Assembly: GCA_030390025.1 (NCBI GenBank)
Contig: CM059431.1
Location: 106,952,001 to 107,016,000, forward strand
Length of the DNA stretch: 64,000 nt
Source of the DNA: Squalus acanthias
Lineage: Eukaryota
Reading direction: 5' to 3'
Shown here: one piece after another, positions 61,345-64,000 of the stretch
Numbering within the stretch: the first letter of the stretch is position 1
How the letters are laid out: every line of letters begins with the position of its first letter
Notes under the pieces: model-generated
What the model was told of the DNA's origin: nothing
Seen by the model: only the letters and a program-made list of their open reading frames with translations
Databases searched by the model: none
Translations under genes and position numbers: made by a program

Positions 61345-61460
61345 TAAAATGCTGGAAATACTCAGTTGCTCAGGCAGCAGGTCAACCTGAGACGTGAACT
61401 CTGTTTTTCTCTCCACGGATGTTGTGTGACCTGCTGAGTATTCGCAGCCTATTCTGTCTT
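61345..61460. mobile_element. Very short PLE fold-back remnant
   Basis: AAATGCTGGAAATACTCAG..CAGGCAGCA inverted against GATGTTGTGTGACCTGCTGAGTATT. Confidence 0.6.
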
Positions 61461-61629
61461 CTCAAAGGCCTTCATTTATCATCTGAGCCCTTTCAAGCAT
61501 CCAGCAGCACTCCCTACACATTTAAAAAACGTTTCACGTTTATTGCATTAAGCCACCACTTCAATAAAATCAAAAATACCCAGTCCAATCCCTTAAATTC
61601 AAATTTACCTGAATGATGTGTGTGTCCCT

Positions 61630-62397
61630 TGTAAGATTCTAAAAACAGTAATAAAACTGCTGCTACCATGTGGAAATCGAAGTTCAGAACGAATTGTGAA
61701 ATGGTTCAAAATGTAGGAGGTCAGCATGTGTTCTTTGTTTGTGAAGACACAAAATGGCAGAAGTCAGCAGGGGCTCCTTTGCCTGGTGGTCAGCATGGTC
61801 CTTTGTTTGTAAGACCACATGGACAGGAAGGAGAAACACGAGTGATGAGGAAGTCCCACCCCCACACACATCACAGGAACATGAACGTGTCATGCAGAAG
61901 GAACTCCAATCAGGGAAAGTATGGAGTGAAACTGACCTATCAGAGGGAGGCAGATGGTGATATACGAGTGGGGCCAGCAGAAAGGCCCTATAAAAGAAGT
62001 GACCCAGAGGTGGGACATTTAGAAAGAAGGAAGATGAAGGGAGAACAGAGTAACAAAGAAAGCTGGCCAGTCTATGTTTGCGACTTACGACTTTTCAGGA
62101 CCGATCACCCAGAAATAAAGGAGTATGTATGAAAGTCGGACATAGAGCTTAGATATTTTTAAAGGGTACTTTTATGTACGGTTGACTTGGGATATAAATT
62201 GCCAGGAGTTAGCGTATAAGTTGCTGGGGAGTACGTTTATGTACGGGTAAATTGGGTGTATATTGATTGCGATGTACACTTGAATTTTGAACTGTAGTGT
62301 GAATAAAGACCAATTTTATTGATCACATACTTATCTGTCATTGTTACGCTTATTTGTAATTCTTGAGGTCTGAACAGTACTAAGAGAAAGACTTACA
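61630..62397 (+). mobile_element. Solo LTR, 768 bp
   Basis: Perfect TGTAAG/CTTACA termini, exact CCCT TSD (61626-61629, 62398-62401), TATAAAA at ~61989, AATAAA at ~62302. Confidence 0.88.
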
Positions 62398-62783
62398 CCC
62401 TTTAAGAGGTTCAGACATTGCCACTATCAGTCTGCTTGCATGACCTGGCATGCTTCGGACCCAGTGCTGAATTCAGCGCTAGAGTCGAAGTTCGCGCTTA
62501 TGATGTAAAGTTGGCGTTGCACACCGATTTATGCCACAATGCCAGTATTTTCTCTAACATGGCACTGCCAGTGTTTATGCTCCACGCAATTCTCTTCCCA
62601 TCCTATTTCGTCTAACCCTATCAGTATAACCTTCTATTCCTTCGCCTAAGATGTTAAACCGAGGCCCCATTTGCTCTCTCAGGTGGACATAAAAGATTCC
62701 ATGGCAATATTTTGAAGAAGAGCATAAGAGTTATCCCTGGTGTCCTGCCCAATATATCTCTCAATCAACGTCACTAAAACAGA

Positions 62784-64000
62784 GGCCGCAATTTTGCCAG
62801 CGCTCTGCGGACCCAATTGATGGTGGGTCAGCTGTGAAATTTAAAATGAACCCACTGTCAAAACGCGCACACCTGCATTTCCCGATGTCGGGTCTGCCAG
62901 CGCTGAGCAGACCCGACAGGCAGCGGCGGGGGACCCAATTTAAATCATTAGTGACTTGTTTACAGCCTCTTAACAGTGCTTTTTTCCCAGCTTTTTAACT
63001 TTCACAGGTCTCCCAGGGGTTTCCCGCTGTGCCTAGACCTCATCGGTGAAGCTGAGGCGGGAGGTCACTTGCCATTGAATCAGCTGATGAGTTGACAGCT
63101 TCAAATGTCAACTCAAAGCTCCCAGCTGATTCAGATAACTTCCCTTCAACATTAGCATCTCTAAACTGCATTTCCACCACAGATTCAGGATGCTGCAAGT
63201 CTTTACATAAGTCTCTATGCATTCTGACCTCATTACCTCTCCCACCATTGACAGATTGCTTCTGTCAACTCTACTTCACCTGCCTCTATTCCATCAGCAT
63301 GGGCGCATTTTATACTATCTCACTTTGGTCCTCAGAATCTGACCACGATCAGCCCCAACACCAGCAGCACCAGGCACACCAGTAGCACCAACAACAACAC
63401 CAGCCTTCTCCACAATCACCTGATGCTGCACAGGACACAGGGCATCAGCATTCGACTACATTACTGCCCGGGACACCAGGGTTCGCCTCACCATGGCCAG
63501 ATTTACTTCACTTGACGCTGTACACCCTGGCAGCCACATGATGCGCCAGGTTGCCACCACCCCATACCAACAACATAAAGCATCCCTACAATGCCCAAGC
63601 CATTCCTTTCACACTCATCACCATTGCAGGGGGTACCGCCGTTATGTCTCACCATTCATTGCAACTCACTAAGCCACTTCCAAAGGTTAACACAAATCTG
63701 TCCAAGAACGCAAAGTGTTGAAAATAAAGGTTTCAATGTTTGACAGCACATTAACAGAAACTTCACATGAACATTGGCTAAAATACACAAGTGCCTACCC
63801 TTGAGTGTTGTTAGTTGGTATGATTGGACTAGGATGAGGGTAAGTGTGAGGGGTGGCTATTGAGATGGGGAAGTGATAATGTAGATAGAGAGGGATGGGT
63901 GGAGGTGCAAGGTAAGTTGGTGTGAGTAAGAATGTGCAGGAGTAGGGTAGGGAAAGCAGAGTGATGGGGATGTGATGAGAGGCACAGCAGGATGAGGTTG
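62784..64000. mobile_element. Non-autonomous PIF/Harbinger deletion derivative, copy 3 (runs off the window)
   Basis: TIR GGCCGCAATTTTGC inserted in a SINE fragment, collinear with 7022-8250. Confidence 0.85.

Larger units (their letters stand above)
59725..62560. mobile_element. Heavily deleted Harbinger hosting a PLE remnant and a solo LTR
   Basis: Left TIR GGGGGAAAAATT, Myb exon on + (MAQQAREGAPR; MWDYITEAV...QCPKKLHDL, then AAG/GTCAGT), acidic transposase tail on - at 61150-61320. Right end uncertain. Confidence 0.65.

Overview
Vertebrate, most likely shark (chondrichthyan), non-coding DNA. The taxon is inferred from the repeat families. No host protein-coding exon can be called confidently, so this is intronic or intergenic sequence. 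A large part of the window is nested transposable elements: CR1, L2 and RTE LINE fragments, DeuSINE-like SINEs, two solo LTRs with 4-bp TSDs, Penelope-like elements (PLEs) and a dense set of PIF/Harbinger DNA transposons. Highlights: (1) a nearly intact two-gene Harbinger at 46599-49952, with an open 397-aa Myb/SANT-like ORF and a DDE transposase broken by one in-frame stop, plus two MITEs sharing its ends; (2) a ~760-bp Harbinger MITE family (5 copies) carrying a spacing-conserved E-box/CCAAT module, an NRF1-like palindrome, a hairpin and co-oriented splice donors, i.e. a candidate mobile promoter/first-exon cassette; (3) fold-back PLE elements whose arms carry minimal hammerhead ribozyme motifs, intact on both strands at 13.3-13.9 kb, with stem covariation between two families. 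Family assignments come from motif recognition, not database searches, and many boundaries are approximate.
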